A DNA stretch of 64,000 nt from Eledone cirrhosa (Eukaryota). The notes beneath the pieces are model-generated. The model did no database searches. It was not told where the DNA came from and was given only the letters and a program-made list of their open reading frames with translations. The position numbers were made by a program, and so were the translations under genes. Shown piece by piece: positions 12,121-26,001 of this stretch (within the stretch, counting starts at the first letter, position 1; every line of letters begins with the position of its first letter). The stretch lies in contig OZ024742.1 of NCBI GenBank assembly GCA_964016885.1, positions 350,734,001-350,798,000 of the forward strand. The letters run 5' to 3'.

Positions 12121-13187
12121 AATGCTAGTTTGATAACATTAATCTTGATTATAATATCTACATTCGACGCCAAACATACACAGACACACATATCTCCCAG
12201 TCAACAATCAAATTAATTAATTAAAGTTATATTTAAAAAATGAGATATACCTACAAATAAATTAGGGGTACAGACAATATACCTAAGAAAATCGTTTTGC
12301 ATATGATGTACCCTACAAGTAGAGACCCACATTCTAAACATGCTGAGTGGCAATACATTCACTTGACTGATATTTTATTAGCAATAGAAACCAGCCATGG
12401 AGATCCGATAGGATTAGCTCACCGAAAATATTGGAAGATTGTAAACGTATTTAAAATATATCAATACATTATCGCAGATAGGTATTTTTCGAAAGTGCCT
12501 GGTAAAAATCTGTGGGTAAAGTAAATCGTGTCATGCATAATATATACGACTTAATAATATATTAACAATGTTTGCTTATGTTTTGATAAGTGTGGAGAAT
12601 ATCGGGATGACTGTAATTGGACAACGGCATAATTGTATACAAAGATGGGATGAACACAATCAAGGTTCAGCACCTATTATCGACTTGCTATCATTGGATT
12701 GATATTATCTTACTTTTATCTTTGCATATTATACGGGGTATGGGCAGGATGGATTTCTTCCTCTAAATGCATATATATATTCTACCATTGACTTTTGTTG
12801 CCGATATTACCAGGTAGAAGCTGTCGGTGGTACCATTTCCTTCTTGATTCGTAGACATAAGCAGCCACCGTGTTTACCATTATCTCAACCAATGGTTAAG
12901 CTTAGATCGAAGTGATACATATAAGCATTTCAGTTAAGAATATCTTTCACCATTCCACATAATTTCGCTGTACCACTGGAACGTTCTGGCCCCTTACAAT
13001 TCCTTATTTTACTAAGCACTTACACACACGCAAATACATCCATACAAACGTATATAACAGTAATAGGTATGTAAACATATCGAAAGTAGAGAGCAACTAA
13101 AGTCTGTAGGGCTAGGGTATGTTCGTACTTGGTATGCCTCCACCGCTCTCGTAACTGGCCTTAATAATTATATAATCAATATGTACT

Positions 13188-13225
<38 letters not shown>

Positions 13226-14493
13226 TATAGACATATACATAAACTGATCGCAGGCCCTAGACGTGTGTTGATTGAATCACAATTTGTTTTGTGAATGAAT
13301 ATATTATAAGGTCTGACGTTTCTCAACTAATTTATGTTGACATCCTAGAAAGTTTTATTTATCAAAGTAAGAACTAATCGACCATTAAATTTAGAATTAT
13401 ACCTATTTATCACGGTTGTCTGTCAGAATCAAATACACTGAAAGAACATTAATATTCTGCTAGAAATAACATAAGATTGCACCAAAATTCAAATTACCTC
13501 TCTGTAATGTTTCTCTGTAGATATACGTAGATATGATAGAATAGTTTCCTTTCATTAAAATCAGATAATTCCTCAACCAAAACTGTAGATTATACCCAGA
13601 TAAACGTTCTCTTCAATGAAATATGAATTCAAATAAATTGCTTATATATACAGAATTATAAATGTTTATATAATATCTCGTGTTTCAAGGAAATATTTTT
13701 GGTTTTGAGTTAAGTTAATATTATAAACCATCCCACATCTGACAAACGTCCAGACTACATGGTACAACATAGTAAAGGTTTAAACTTCGGTTTAATTTGG
13801 TCAGGAAATTGCGGTGCCCCAGCATGGCCTCAGCCTGTCCGCTGGAACATGGGTTAATACGAGTTAATATGGTAATATCTCAACGAAATGAAAATTCAAT
13901 ATCAGATTCTCTATATTTCCTTAAGTTCGACTAGCGTTTATATAACTCTCTAAGGAACAGTAAATCTAATATAAAATTGCGATATGTGTATATATATTGT
14001 AAATCTAAACTGTCACCTGTTTTGCGAACAGCAGATTCAGGGGAGTGAACTCTACCTATATAGACATTGAGACACAGTCGTTCACCTATAAATAATCAAA
14101 AAGAACACACATACAAATACACATGGACACACACACATACAAATACGTAAGCGCGCGCACGCATTCACACATACAAATACACACACACCACACACACACT
14201 GTGTTTTTATAAAGAGAAATATCATCATATATAAAGATATATAGGTTTGTGTACGTGCAATAAATCGTCTATTCATCATATTTATTTTATTTATTTCAAT
14301 ATTTTTGAGAGCATATTCTGAACTCTAGATTTTCAATTATAATTTCAATTCAGGAATTCTTTAAGGAAATTTGTGAATTTTGAATATATATACATTTTTA
14401 TGGAGCTTTTTCCAACAATATATGTTTACTGCCATAGCCAGCGCAGACTGGAAGCGAATCCTATCGATCGATTGATTATTGATTAGGCGAGAA

Positions 14494-14602
14494 CCGCTGA
14501 TGAAGCCACATGCACCGATTGTGCATTATTGCATAATAAATGCAGACAATGGCTACTATACGCTCTCCTACTGCATCAATTGTGGGAGAAACTCGAGTAC
14601 GG
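14494..14602 (+). ncRNA. Hammerhead ribozyme with a long stem II insertion
   Basis: CCG CUGAUGA [AGCCACA...UGUGGGA] GAAAC UCGA GUA CGG; stem III is the palindrome ACUCGAGU. Confidence 0.7.
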
Positions 14603-14740
14603 GTATAAATATATACGTGTGTTGTATTGAGGCAAATAACTTTGCGCCTATTCTGGGTTATATACATAACCTTACCTATTGAGTACGCTGAGATGCAACC
14701 GGTACTAGCAAGGAAACCTCATACTAATCCCGTTAACCTC

Positions 14741-14926
14741 GTGGATTGGCAGTATCGGTAGAGGGTTTGACGCCATGCTTTCTATCATGGAGTTACGGTC
14801 CTTGCCCTTCTAAGTTCAAATCCCGCTGAGGTTAACTTTAGCTTTCATCCTTACGGGGTTGGATACAATATAGTACCAGTAATGTACTGGGTATTTGCTG
14901 GCCTTGTGCCAACAGTAGAAACAATT
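14741..14926 (+). mobile_element. tRNA-derived SINE
   Basis: TGGCAGTATCGG A-box, GTTCAAATCCC B-box and the shared core. Confidence 0.8.
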
Positions 14927-15518
14927 ATATATATATGTGTGTGTGTGCGTGTGTGTGTATGTGTGTGTGTATTTGTGTGTGTGTACTGTATATGTAAATA
15001 TATATATAATATGAACGTATGTGTATGTGAAAGAAGTAGTATGTGGGCGTTGTCGTGACGGTATGAACAATTAGTTAATCAATAAATGCAAATATTGCAC
15101 ACGAAAATACAGCCACTTAATGAAATCTCTTTGTTTACTTGGAATAAATGAACCTTAAACATATGTGTGGGTGTTAGTAGGTATAATTGTCTCTAGAGAT
15201 ATCTGAGTGTGAATGTGAACCATATCGGTGTCAGTGTATTAATGTGTAAATTTCTAAATCTATTTTCTCAAAGAATCCCTGGTCAATGACCTCTACCCAT
15301 CCTCAAAACCACTACCTTTCCTAACCACCAGAAAACATAAATACCACCATATTAAAATGAATATTAGGACCCTGATGCTTTCCTTTGAATGAAACAGTAC
15401 AACTCCTGTAGAAACCATTTCTATGTTAAATTTGTTGTATAACATATATATATATATATATATAGGAAAATTATGACCTCGACATATATATAGATATACA
15501 TATATATATATATGCATA

Positions 15519-15554
<36 letters not shown>

Positions 15555-15624
15555 ATACTTGGGGAGGGTCATATTTGTGTAACATTGCCAGAATTAATAA
15601 TAGAATTAATAATAGAATTAATAA

Positions 15625-17909
15625 TAGATGACGAGACAGAAGCACAGTTTACCATGGCTAGAAATAAGGTTAGACAAATAGTAGACCGGTATACTAAGAG
15701 ACAGATGCCCAACAACTTGGGAGGAAACCTGTAGAAGGCTTGGTTAGCCTCAAGCAGCGCACAAGGGATGGTGAGGTAGCATGTCTACCCACGGATAAGT
15801 CTGGTAGCATGCCAATAGATAGCATGCAGAACTACATCAAGGCTATGCAACCCCACATCACCAACACGAGCGAAATTGCACAACAAACACATGATGGGAG
15901 AGAGAAAATCCTCAACGCTCACATGATGATGTGGACTGACATCCTAAAGCCAAGCAGACGCACTGCCAACAACTTCCAGGCGTCTAACAATGGCATACCA
16001 CCCTTGTATGAGCTCCGCAAAGACCACAAGGCAGTCGACGACCCGACAACAAGACCACCAACAAGACCCGTATGCGGAGCTAATATAGCTAGCAACTACA
16101 GGATCTCCTACTTCCTCAATGGTTATACGCCCCATAATCAAGATGTCCCCAGATGTATGTGACAGTACAGAGGACCTCCTCAGCAGAATCAGTGAGTGCA
16201 ACAAAAGCAGGAACCTATCCAACTGTATAATAGGCTCATGGATGTGGTATCACTGTACCCATCCATTAACATTGATTTTGCTGTGGAAAAATGTGTGGAG
16301 ATGATCATTGAGAGTGAGGTGGAGTTCTGCGACGTCGACACAGACGAACTGGGCCTCCTACTTAGACTTACCTACGACACTGACTACCTCGACAGCCATG
16401 ACCTTAGACGTTTCTGCCCTAGTAGACCCATAAGGGGTAGACACCCCACCATAATCTCCATGGCAAAAAAGACTCCCATGGGAATGTGAATTGGGTGGAC
16501 CAAAGCTATACGGACCCCCCAAAACAAAGATCAGGTAAGAAAAATGGTCGCACATGCATTAGGGGCTAGTATCAAAACTACCCTAAAGGGCCACATATTC
16601 AAGTTCAAAGAGAAGATCTACACCCAAAATGAGGGAGCAGCCATTGGCGTCAGCATAGCTGGTGATGTTGCCAACCTTTTTATGGTATGGTGGGAAAGGA
16701 GACTTAAAGATCTCCTTAATGAGAGCTCCAAGGACCTCATCATGTACTCTCGTTACGTAGACGATATCAATATAGTTATAAGAACATCCCCTCTAGAGAG
16801 CACTAACAAGTTTGATTTAGAACGTAGCACAATGGAAAGCATCCAGCAGATAGCTAATTCCATACACCAGAGTATAACTGTAACTATCGACTACCCTTCC
16901 AAACACCCTAACAATAGACTACCTGTATTAGAAACGGAACTCTGGATTAACACTATAGACGAGAGAGCCCAAATTCTCCACTCACACTATGCTAAATCCA
17001 TGGCCTCCAAATACCTGACACTCAAAAACTCAGCAATGTCCAGTAGTGCTAATTTTAATAATCTGATCGCAGATTTAGAACGAGTGATGAAGAATGTGTC
17101 CCGCATGTGCGACCCAACAAAATGGAAAGACACATCTAACACTTCATCAACCGCATGCAGTTCTCTGGCTACAACCAAAGAGACAGAGTCAGAGTATACG
17201 AAGGAGCCATGGAGAAGTACAAGACGCTCATAGAACTGGACATGAAAGGAATTTACCCATTATACAGGAGCACATCCTGGAACAGCTTAGATAGGGCTAG
17301 ACATAAGATAGGGAAAGCCACCTCATGGTACGACAAAAAGAGATACCAGAGTGTCAGGTTTGTGGATGCAACCCCTGGAGGGAAATTAGCTAACTAGTGT
17401 AGAAAGGCCCTGATTTAGACCCACTTAAAGATTAAGGTGGTAGAAAAGACAGGAACCACCATAAAATCCCTGATCAGCAAAACCTACCCTTTTAAGAAAC
17501 CCACTGTACTAATAGGAAATGTATCATATGTAAGGTAAACCCCCGGATAAACTGTAAAACTAGAAACGTAGTCTATAGCATAAGATGTACAGAGGGTACT
17601 TGCAGAAACATGACAACAACATACATAGGTGAGACAGCTCGTAGCATAGGGGAAAGGATAGACCAGCACTGGGGGGAACTAAAAGGACGAAAAAACAGGT
17701 CAGTACTATACGAACATGCCAGACAACAACACGACGGTAACATAGACAACATAGAAATTAGAATAATATCTAATCATAGAAATGACCCAGCAGATAGGCA
17801 AATCAGAGAGGCCAGTGAAATAGAACTTAGAAGGCCAAGACTAAACAGAAAGAATGAATGGAATAACAACAACACCCAAACAAACAACACTGACCGAAGA
17901 GAAGTATAA
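15625..17909 (+). pseudogene. PLE reverse transcriptase-GIY-YIG pseudogene
   Basis: ORF pieces 15740-16162, 16196-16489, 16544-17233, 17155-17397 and 17610-17909, joined by frameshifts and stops. Confidence 0.85.
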
Positions 17910-18187
17910 ATAAATAAATAAATAGATAAATAAATAAATAAATACATAACACAAGCACAATAACAACAAACACATATAAACACAAGCTAGTAAACATAGA
18001 ATACATTAACCAATACACAGTCACCCAATCATGAACGCACATCAAACAAAACACTATACACACACGCAAACTCATGCGCAAAGAAGACAAAATAAAATAG
18101 ACAAACAAACAAATAAATAAATAAATATATAAACAGACTAAATAAAGATGGCGTAGAAGTACAATGCAACGGGAGTAATCTATAGCA

Positions 18188-18227
18188 CCACTGACGATGT
18201 TGCTGACGGGCAACGAAAGAACTTTGA
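18188..18227 (+). ncRNA. Hammerhead ribozyme-like motif in the 3' pLTR
   Basis: CCA CUGACGA U GUUGC-ugacgg-GCAAC GAAAG AA CUU UGA. Confidence 0.6.
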
Positions 18228-18503
18228 TAAACTATATATATGTGTTTGTGTCTATATTGTATCTGTATTATTTTTGAGCGCCGGTCAGTCAATGGCAACA
18301 TTGAGGACCGAATAAATTAGATTGCCGATATAAAAGACACAGAAGCGAGAAGCGAAAACCAACCAAACAGTGAGTGTGTTCTGTTATTAATTCTGGCAAT
18401 ATTACACAAATATGACCCTCCCCAAGTATAACAATATTTGTTTAGACACACGATTTCATATAAAAAACCTCGCAAAACTAATTCATCGCCGTTATATATA
18501 TAT

Positions 18504-18534
<31 letters not shown>

Positions 18535-18552
18535 GTGCATATATATATATAA

Positions 18553-18628
<76 letters not shown>

Positions 18629-19274
18629 GTATATATATATATATATACATTATGTGTCGGTAAATATTTTGAAATTCCCTTTTAAAATAGTAATTAAATA
18701 CCTTTCCCTCATTTTTTCGCAGAAAAAGAAGGTGGATATATCTATATGGGAAGTGAAGAAATTTCTATAAGGTTAGTTTGGATTTGATATCAAAACATTG
18801 ATGCATTCTATGCAAGAATTGCCAAATTGCCAAAGAATAGTCTGTTTTTGTTGAGAGTGTAATAATACCGTTTAGCTTGGAGCAATAGAAGCAAGAAACA
18901 TATATATTTCTAGTGGTTTGATAATTTTTGGTGCCAGTTTAATTGAAAAACCGAGCGTTAAGAAAGAGTTGATTATAGATGTATTGAAAAGTTCTATATA
19001 GGAAAATGAGAAAAAAATGTAAGGAAATGAAAAGAAACCACCAACACGACAAAATGAAAGAAGCAAACGATACAAAACAAAGATAAATAAAGAAAAGCAA
19101 TTGTAATACAATTCGCGAAGAAATTTAAAAGAGGAACAAAACAAAATGTAATTAAATAATATATGAGAACGTTCTTGTAATTACACGTAACTCCCATGTA
19201 AAATACATTTGATCTCACAGATGTAATTATTATACAGACTAGAACATACAAACATACATACATAAACCCACAAC

Positions 19275-19313
<39 letters not shown>

Positions 19314-19466
19314 GGGGAGGGAGTGTGTATGAGGGAGAGAAAGAGCGAGAGAAAGAGAAACACGTATACATACACATATATATATATATATATGTACATA
19401 CACATACACACACACACATATATATATATATATAAATATATACATATAGGTATATATATACATGTA

Positions 19467-19511
<45 letters not shown>

Positions 19512-19732
19512 TTATATCATATATATATATATGTGTGTGTGTGTGTGTTTGTGTGTGTGTGTATATATGTGTGTGTGTGTATAGGCTTGCACCCCAGGAG
19601 TGTGTATAATGGGGTATATATGTAAATATGCCTGTAGTATTTCCATTTCAATGCATTTTACTATTTCACTCTTCAGTACAAAAATGAACATGTTCTAATA
19701 GATATAGAGGTAAGTTAACTCTATATCATTCA

Positions 19733-19948
19733 ATATACATGTTCACACATGTGTACTCTAAACGTACAATATACATGTTCACACATGTGTACTCTAAACG
19801 TACAATATACATGTTCACACATGTGTACTCTAAACGTATAATAAACATGTTCACACATGTGTACTCTAAACGTACAATACACATGTTCACACATGTATAC
19901 TCTAAACGTACAAGATACATGTTCACACATGCGTACTCTAAACTTACA
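19733..19948. repeat. 36-bp minisatellite, about 6 copies
   Basis: Tandem units of atacatgttcacacatgtgtactctaaacgtacaat. Confidence 0.9.
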
Positions 19949-20619
19949 ATATATATTTATATACAAGTGTCTTATTGATATTGGAACTGTTGGAACCGTT
20001 AGTTTCATATTGATGTTATGAAGCTGTAATCCCTATGTATGTCTTAATTGTGGTGTGTATCTTCTTTAACTGTTAAACATTAATAGACATAGACCTCACC
20101 CTTCTATATATATATATCAAAACATTTTCCTATCACCCACCCTACTACCGTAAGTATTGAGTACCCTAGTGCGTTATGGTCCACCTGGTTCCTTACCAAA
20201 TTTCCTTCGTTATATATATATATGTATATATATATATATAATTCTCTAAAAGGCTACAAAATATATTCCAAAAACGGGCGTTAAATTTAATGAACTTCTT
20301 CACGTGACAGTCATGATTTCATTTATAACCAATCAAATTACATTTATAAAATAAAACCCCTTCGTGAGCCCATTTTTTTAAGTAAAAAGAAATTCAAACA
20401 AACTGGCGCGAAAGCTGATTTGCTTATTCACGTGACTGCATCAATCAACCAAATTTCCCTCATATATGAACCCCCCCCCTTTGTTTGAAGAACTTTGTAA
20501 CGCGAACTGGCGCGAAATTTATTATGTTTATTCACCACCCAACCAAATTACTTCTCTAAAAACCTGGCATTTCGAGCCACTTTTTTCTATATGAAACAGA
20601 AGTAACATTCAAAGACCAA

Positions 20620-20752
20620 CCAGATGTGAGAAAAACTACAGACCCTCCATCTCAATTCTACTTTTGAAAAGCAGAAGAACAGCGAAACCGGCAAAGGAAG
20701 CAAATAAATATATATTCAAAGAAAAATGACTCCAGTTGCATTTTCGATTTAT
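20620..20752 (+). mobile_element. PLE pLTR remnant with a degenerate U3-A8 HHR (20661-20697)
   Basis: Reverse-complement homolog of about 5590-5720; the cleavage triplet is mutated to GCA. Confidence 0.7.
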
Positions 20753-21215
20753 ATGATGCAACACTGATACTCTGCTCCCCAAGAACATTGAGTGTTCATT
20801 CGTCAGCCTTGGACTTGTGAATATCCCGATTTCCGTAGGTGCAGTCAATTCTGGCACGACACCGAAATATTTGATTTTCTATCCTCTAGCCAACTCTACG
20901 TTAGCACAGGATTTTTGTGACCTAACAATGTCACCGACTGCACCATTTCCGCATCTTGTTTACTTCTGTTGGTCCATAATTGCTTATTCGTCAGTCTGGA
21001 GACCTCCAATATCGCAACTAGCCATCATCTGTGATGAGCATATCACTTACCTCCACCTGCACACAGTTCTCTAGTAGGACAGCTCAGAGTGGGCACTAAA
21101 ATGTTTTTTGGGGAAATATGCTTCACCCTTATAGCTTAAATATGTTCTTTTATGGATTCACATTGATCATAAACGTATCCAGCAATTATGTACCAAAAGT
21201 TTGAATAGTATGAGT

Positions 21216-21297
<82 letters not shown>

Positions 21298-21311
21298 ATA
21301 TGTATAGTATG

Positions 21312-21342
<31 letters not shown>

Positions 21343-21528
21343 AGTTTAGCGATGCTAATATACGTCGTTTGAAATGATAGGAAGATTGCGTGACTAAGAG
21401 GGAAAGTAATTAGTTGAGTGTGAATGGAACGGTAATTAAATTTCACTCCGCATAATTTTTTTACAAACAAGTGTGTGTGTCACTCTCTATGTCTCCTCCC
21501 CTCTTTCTCTCTCCTCTCTCTCTCTCAC

Positions 21529-21574
<46 letters not shown>

Positions 21575-21739
21575 ATATTAATAAATGGAAACTATATTTA
21601 TAAAACCATATTTATAATATTTTAAATCTAGTTTCCATTTATTAATATATTGTGTATTTACTTCACTAACTCTTGAGTGCTTTATAACAGTTATACACTT
21701 TTTAAGCTTGTTGAATCCCAACAAATTAAATATAACCTC

Positions 21740-21815
<76 letters not shown>

Positions 21816-22674
21816 TATATACAGTATTTTCCGTTGTGTTGTAATATAAATATTACACACAGTAGATTATCAGCTCACGTAGAGTTTGCTCGACGGTTCC
21901 AGTTGTAGTTCCAAAAGTAATCCGGAGAAAAATAGAAAGATTTGAATGGATACAGTTTAGTTGAAAGGAATTTATTGACACGTGTTTCTATAACAGTTAC
22001 ATAACCTAAAACAGCTATCTACAAACTTTTAGTTATGCAGACATTCAATATTTCAATGTTATTATTTACTGTCATTTCATCAGAATAATATTACTGAGGA
22101 CCTATTTAGTTTTTATAGAGAATATTAGGAGGGAGGGGTGAAGTTGTTAGAAGAATAGTTGAAGGAGTGGTTTTTCGATAGCAGTGAGAATTCTTGGTGG
22201 CAGTGAGTAATTAGATTCCCATCTGTTGTTTTGACATTTTTTATAGAATATATTATTGGTTATTTTTCTAAATCTATAGAAGGATTAGAGATAGTGAAGA
22301 TATGCGTGGTTGGTTTTGTGTTTGCACTTAATTAACATTCAGACTTAAATTTTTCTTTCAAGTGTACGTATCCTTTCACCCACGCATTCACACACAAATA
22401 TATTTGCACACCTCTACAAAATACATATACACACAATTCACATATTCATACTTACATATATATACACATGCATACACATATATATACACACATGTATTTA
22501 TGTACATACATACGCGCTCATGTGTATACATTTTCATACTCAACTTATCTTTATATACACACGTATAGACACACACATATATACATACATACTCTAGTCC
22601 ATGTGTACACACATACACATACATACACATCCATATACACATATATACATACACATATATACACACATATATAC

Positions 22675-22745
<71 letters not shown>

Positions 22746-23072
22746 CATATACATACATACACAAACATACATATACACACATATACATATATATATACAT
22801 ATAAGCACTTTAATACATGAATACACTTACATCTAACTATACACATCAAACATATATATATATTTACTTATTTATATACATTTTCACATATATATACATA
22901 CTTATGGACGTTTTTAGACACATTCATTATCGCATATTTGTACCTATTCTCATCAGCATATCTTTTCATTATTAGTATGGTAATTTAAGGTTATTAATAT
23001 ATGTTGAGAAGAGATTGTTTTTATATTTTTCTAACTAGATTAAGGTTTATATAGTTGGGGGATGTCCCTCTT

Positions 23073-24449
23073 TTATGTAATATTCGGCTTGTAGTGGGAA
23101 AAAAGGGTTTTAGTTCTGTGACGGCAGAATAATGTTCGTTCAATTCTGTTATTCAGCAGTTTCTTCTTGTGTGTGATTATGTAATAAATCTCAAGATTAC
23201 ACAATTTGCAGAAATTTTGGCTCCTGGAAAAGCTTTGGGTTTTAGCTAATTTTTCCCATTTTAGGGTAAACTTTTGATCGCTATCCCTGAGCGTCCAAGC
23301 TTTTTCTGCTAGAGTTGTTACATTTCTTTGGCTCTGGTGTTTTATTGAGTAAGAATGCCTATACAATCGAGATTTAAACGATGTTGCCGTTGATCCCACG
23401 TAATACCACTCGTTGCCTCCGGATTTAATGGTACACTTATAAATAATATTTTTTTCCAGGCAGTTATTGCCGAGGGGGCAGTTGTCAGGATAGGTGCAGT
23501 TACAGTTGTGTACGTTGGGTTTTCTCTGGAGTAGTATTGCGGACGAACTTAGGTGTGGTTTATTTATGTTCTGTAGTGTATTGTCTACTGTTTTTTTTGT
23601 GTTCTTTGTACTTAAGTTCTTAGTGTTTTCGTTTAACCTTCTAGTATTGATCTTTTTTATGTGTTGTTCAAGGTTTAACGCTGTAGAGTATGACAGTCTT
23701 ATAGTGGTAGGGTTTAGGATTTTGTGGTATTTGTGTGATGTGGGAAAATGTCTTTTAATTATTTTAAAGAAGAGTACTGGTAAATTTGTACTAATGGAGC
23801 TATTGTATTCGGGGTTATACCATAAGTACTCTTTGCATCGCTTTCTATTAGTTTTGTTTGTTGGTTTACTGGTGTGCATACTATGGTAGTAAGTGTGGTT
23901 TGGTGTTGTGTTATTATATCTACCTATGTGGGATTTATTTTGGGTGTTTTGATTGTTCCCATCTATGTACTCTATTTTGTTGAGGTAGCCTGCTTTACTA
24001 AGGGCGTTATCGTAGTACTCGGCGTGTTCCTTAAATACTTGTATGTTAGAAGATAGACCCGAGATTCTAAGGGAAATATTTTTAGGGATAGATTTAATTA
24101 TAGAGATGGGGTGGTTAGACCCAACATTTACGTATTTAAGATTTTCATTCAATTTATGAAACGGTTTAATCAAACCAGAGTTTAAATTGAGTGTGACATC
24201 CAGGAAGTTAACTACTTTAAGGTTGTATTCATATGTTATAGTTAGTCCTATTTCGAGTAGTAGTTTTCTTATATCTTTGCGTAGTTTTTCTAGTTTTTGG
24301 TTATTAAGGTTTTTAGCTAGGAGGAGAACATCGTCGCGGTATATTCCGCCGTGGAGATTGCTGAATTTTTCCTGGAGTCTAAAGGCGATAAATAACCCCA
24401 CAATATCAGTTATTTCCGCCGAATCGTTAGAGCCCATTGTTATGTCAAA
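23073..24449 (-). CDS. PLE RT (C-terminal half) plus Cys motif and GIY-YIG; uninterrupted but 5'-truncated
   Basis: FDITMGSNDSAEITDIVG, GIYRDD, CNCTYPDNCPLGNNC, NIIYKC...YVGST, CKLC. Confidence 0.85.
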   Translation of the reverse strand, partial: FDITMGSNDSAEITDIVGLFIAFRLQEKFSNLHGGIYRDDVLLLAKNLNNQKLEKLRKDIRKLLLEIGLTITYEYNLKVVNFLDVTLNLNSGLIKPFHKLNENLKYVNVGSNHPISIIKSIPKNISLRISGLSSNIQVFKEHAEYYDNALSKAGYLNKIEYIDGNNQNTQNKSHIGRYNNTTPNHTYYHSMHTSKPTNKTNRKRCKEYLWYNPEYNSSISTNLPVLFFKIIKRHFPTSHKYHKILNPTTIRLSYSTALNLEQHIKKINTRRLNENTKNLSTKNTKKTVDNTLQNINKPHLSSSAILLQRKPNVHNCNCTYPDNCPLGNNCLEKNIIYKCTIKSGGNEWYYVGSTATSFKSRLYRHSYSIKHQSQRNVTTLAEKAWTLRDSDQKFTLKWEKLAKTQSFSRSQNFCKLCNLEIYYIITHKKKLLNNRIERTLFCRHRTKTLFSHYKPNIT

Positions 24450-24981
24450 GAACACAAAAAAAACAGTAGACAATACACTACAGAACATAAATAAACCACA
24501 CCTAAGTTCGTCCGCAATACTACTCCAGAGAAAACCCAACGTACACAACTGTAACTGCACCTATCCTGACAACTGCCCCCTCGGCAATAACTGCCTGGAA
24601 AAAAATATTATTTATAAGTGTACCATTAAATCCGGAGGCAACGAGTGGTATTACGTGGGATCAACGGCAACATCGTTTAAATCTCGATTGTATAGGCATT
24701 CTTACTCAATAAAACACCAGAGCCAAAGAAATGTAACAACTCTAGCAGAAAAAGCTTGGACGCTCAGGGATAGCGATCAAAAGTTTACCCTAAAATGGGA
24801 AAAATTAGCTAAAACCCAAAGCTTTTCCAGGAGCCAAAATTTCTGCAAATTGTGTAATCTTGAGATTTATTACATAATCACACACAAGAAGAAACTGCTG
24901 AATAACAGAATTGAACGAACATTATTCTGCCGTCACAGAACTAAAACCCTTTTTTCCCACTACAAGCCGAATATTACATAA
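24442..24981 (+). CDS. Inverted copy of the Cys motif plus GIY-YIG domain with a junction-created ATG (179 aa)
   Basis: ATG TCA AAG AAC... is in frame with the duplicated endonuclease domain; expression is unknown. Confidence 0.4.
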   Translation: MSKNTKKTVDNTLQNINKPHLSSSAILLQRKPNVHNCNCTYPDNCPLGNNCLEKNIIYKCTIKSGGNEWYYVGSTATSFKSRLYRHSYSIKHQSQRNVTTLAEKAWTLRDSDQKFTLKWEKLAKTQSFSRSQNFCKLCNLEIYYIITHKKKLLNNRIERTLFCRHRTKTLFSHYKPNIT

Positions 24982-25308
24982 AAGAGGGACATCCCCCAAC
25001 TATATAAACCTTAATCTAGTTAGAAAAATATAAAAACAATCTCTTCTCAACATATATTAATAACCTTAAATTACCATACTAATAATGAAAAGATATGCTG
25101 ATGAGAATAGGTACAAATATGCGATAATGAATGTGTCTAAAAACGTCCATAAGTATGTATATATATGTGAAAATGTATATAAATAAGTAAATATATATAT
25201 ATGTTTGATGTGTATAGTTAGATGTAAGTGTATTCATGTATTAAAGTGCTTATATGTATATATATATGTATATGTGTGTATATGTATGTTTGTGTATGTA
25301 TGTATATG

Positions 25309-25369
<61 letters not shown>

Positions 25370-25957
25370 GTATATATGTGTGTATATATGTGTATGTATA
25401 TATGTGTATATGGATGTGTATGTATGTGTATGTGTGTACACATGGACTAGAGTATGTATGTATATATGTGTGTGTCTATACGTGTGTATATAAAGATAAG
25501 TTGAGTATGAAAATGTATACACATGAGCGCGTATGTATGTACATAAATACATGTGTGTATATATATGTGTATGCATGTGTATATATATGTAAGTATGAAT
25601 ATGTGAATTGTGTGTATATGTATTTTGTAGAGGTGTGCAAATATATTTGTGTGTGAATGCGTGGGTGAAAGGATACGTACACTTGAAAGAAAAATTTAAG
25701 TCTGAATGTTAATTAAGTGCAAACACAAAACCAACCACGCATATCTTCACTATCTCTAATCCTTCTATAGATTTAGAAAAATAACCAATAATATATTCTA
25801 TAAAAAATGTCAAAACAACAGATGGGAATCTAATTACTCACTGCCACCAAGAATTCTCACTGCTATCGAAAAACCACTCCTTCAACTATTCTTCTAACAA
25901 CTTCACCCCTCCCTCCTAATATTCTCTATAAAAACTAAATAGGTCCTCAGTAATATT

Positions 25958-26001
25958 ATTCTGATGAAATGACAGTAAATAATAACATTGAAATATTGAA
26001 T
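25958..26001 (+). ncRNA. Minimal HHR-like motif in the PLE pLTR (mirror copy at 22043-22086, minus strand)
   Basis: CUGAUGA AAUG...CAUU GAAAU AUU; palindromic AAUAUU stem III and a weak stem I. Confidence 0.55.

Larger units (their letters stand above)
15547..18437 (+). mobile_element. 5'-truncated Penelope-like element (Neptune/Nematis-like) with a frameshifted RT-GIY-YIG ORF
   Basis: PPLYELRKDHK, MDVVSLYPSI, GAAIGVSIAGDVANLFM, YSRYVDD, CTNRKCIIC...NVVYSIRC, YIGETARSIGERIDQH; 54-bp terminal inverted repeat. Confidence 0.9.

Noticed and set aside
14741-14830. tRNA gene
   Set aside because: The A and B boxes belong to the SINE head; there is no cloverleaf.
20265-20600. Imperfect repeats with aactggcgcgaaa and aaccaatcaaattac
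   Set aside because: Possibly a DNA transposon remnant, but no termini or target-site duplication could be defined.
20750-21180. Complex sequence with a minus-strand GAG|GTAAGT donor, a possible host exon
   Set aside because: No recognizable protein motif and no supportable exon boundaries.
22362-22849. Many YI/CV/HT-repeat ORFs here and elsewhere
   Set aside because: Translations of (TA)n/(CA)n microsatellites.
24450-24560. N-terminus of the 495-aa minus-strand ORF 23073-24560
   Set aside because: These codons are antisense sequence of the inverted arm, not real RT.
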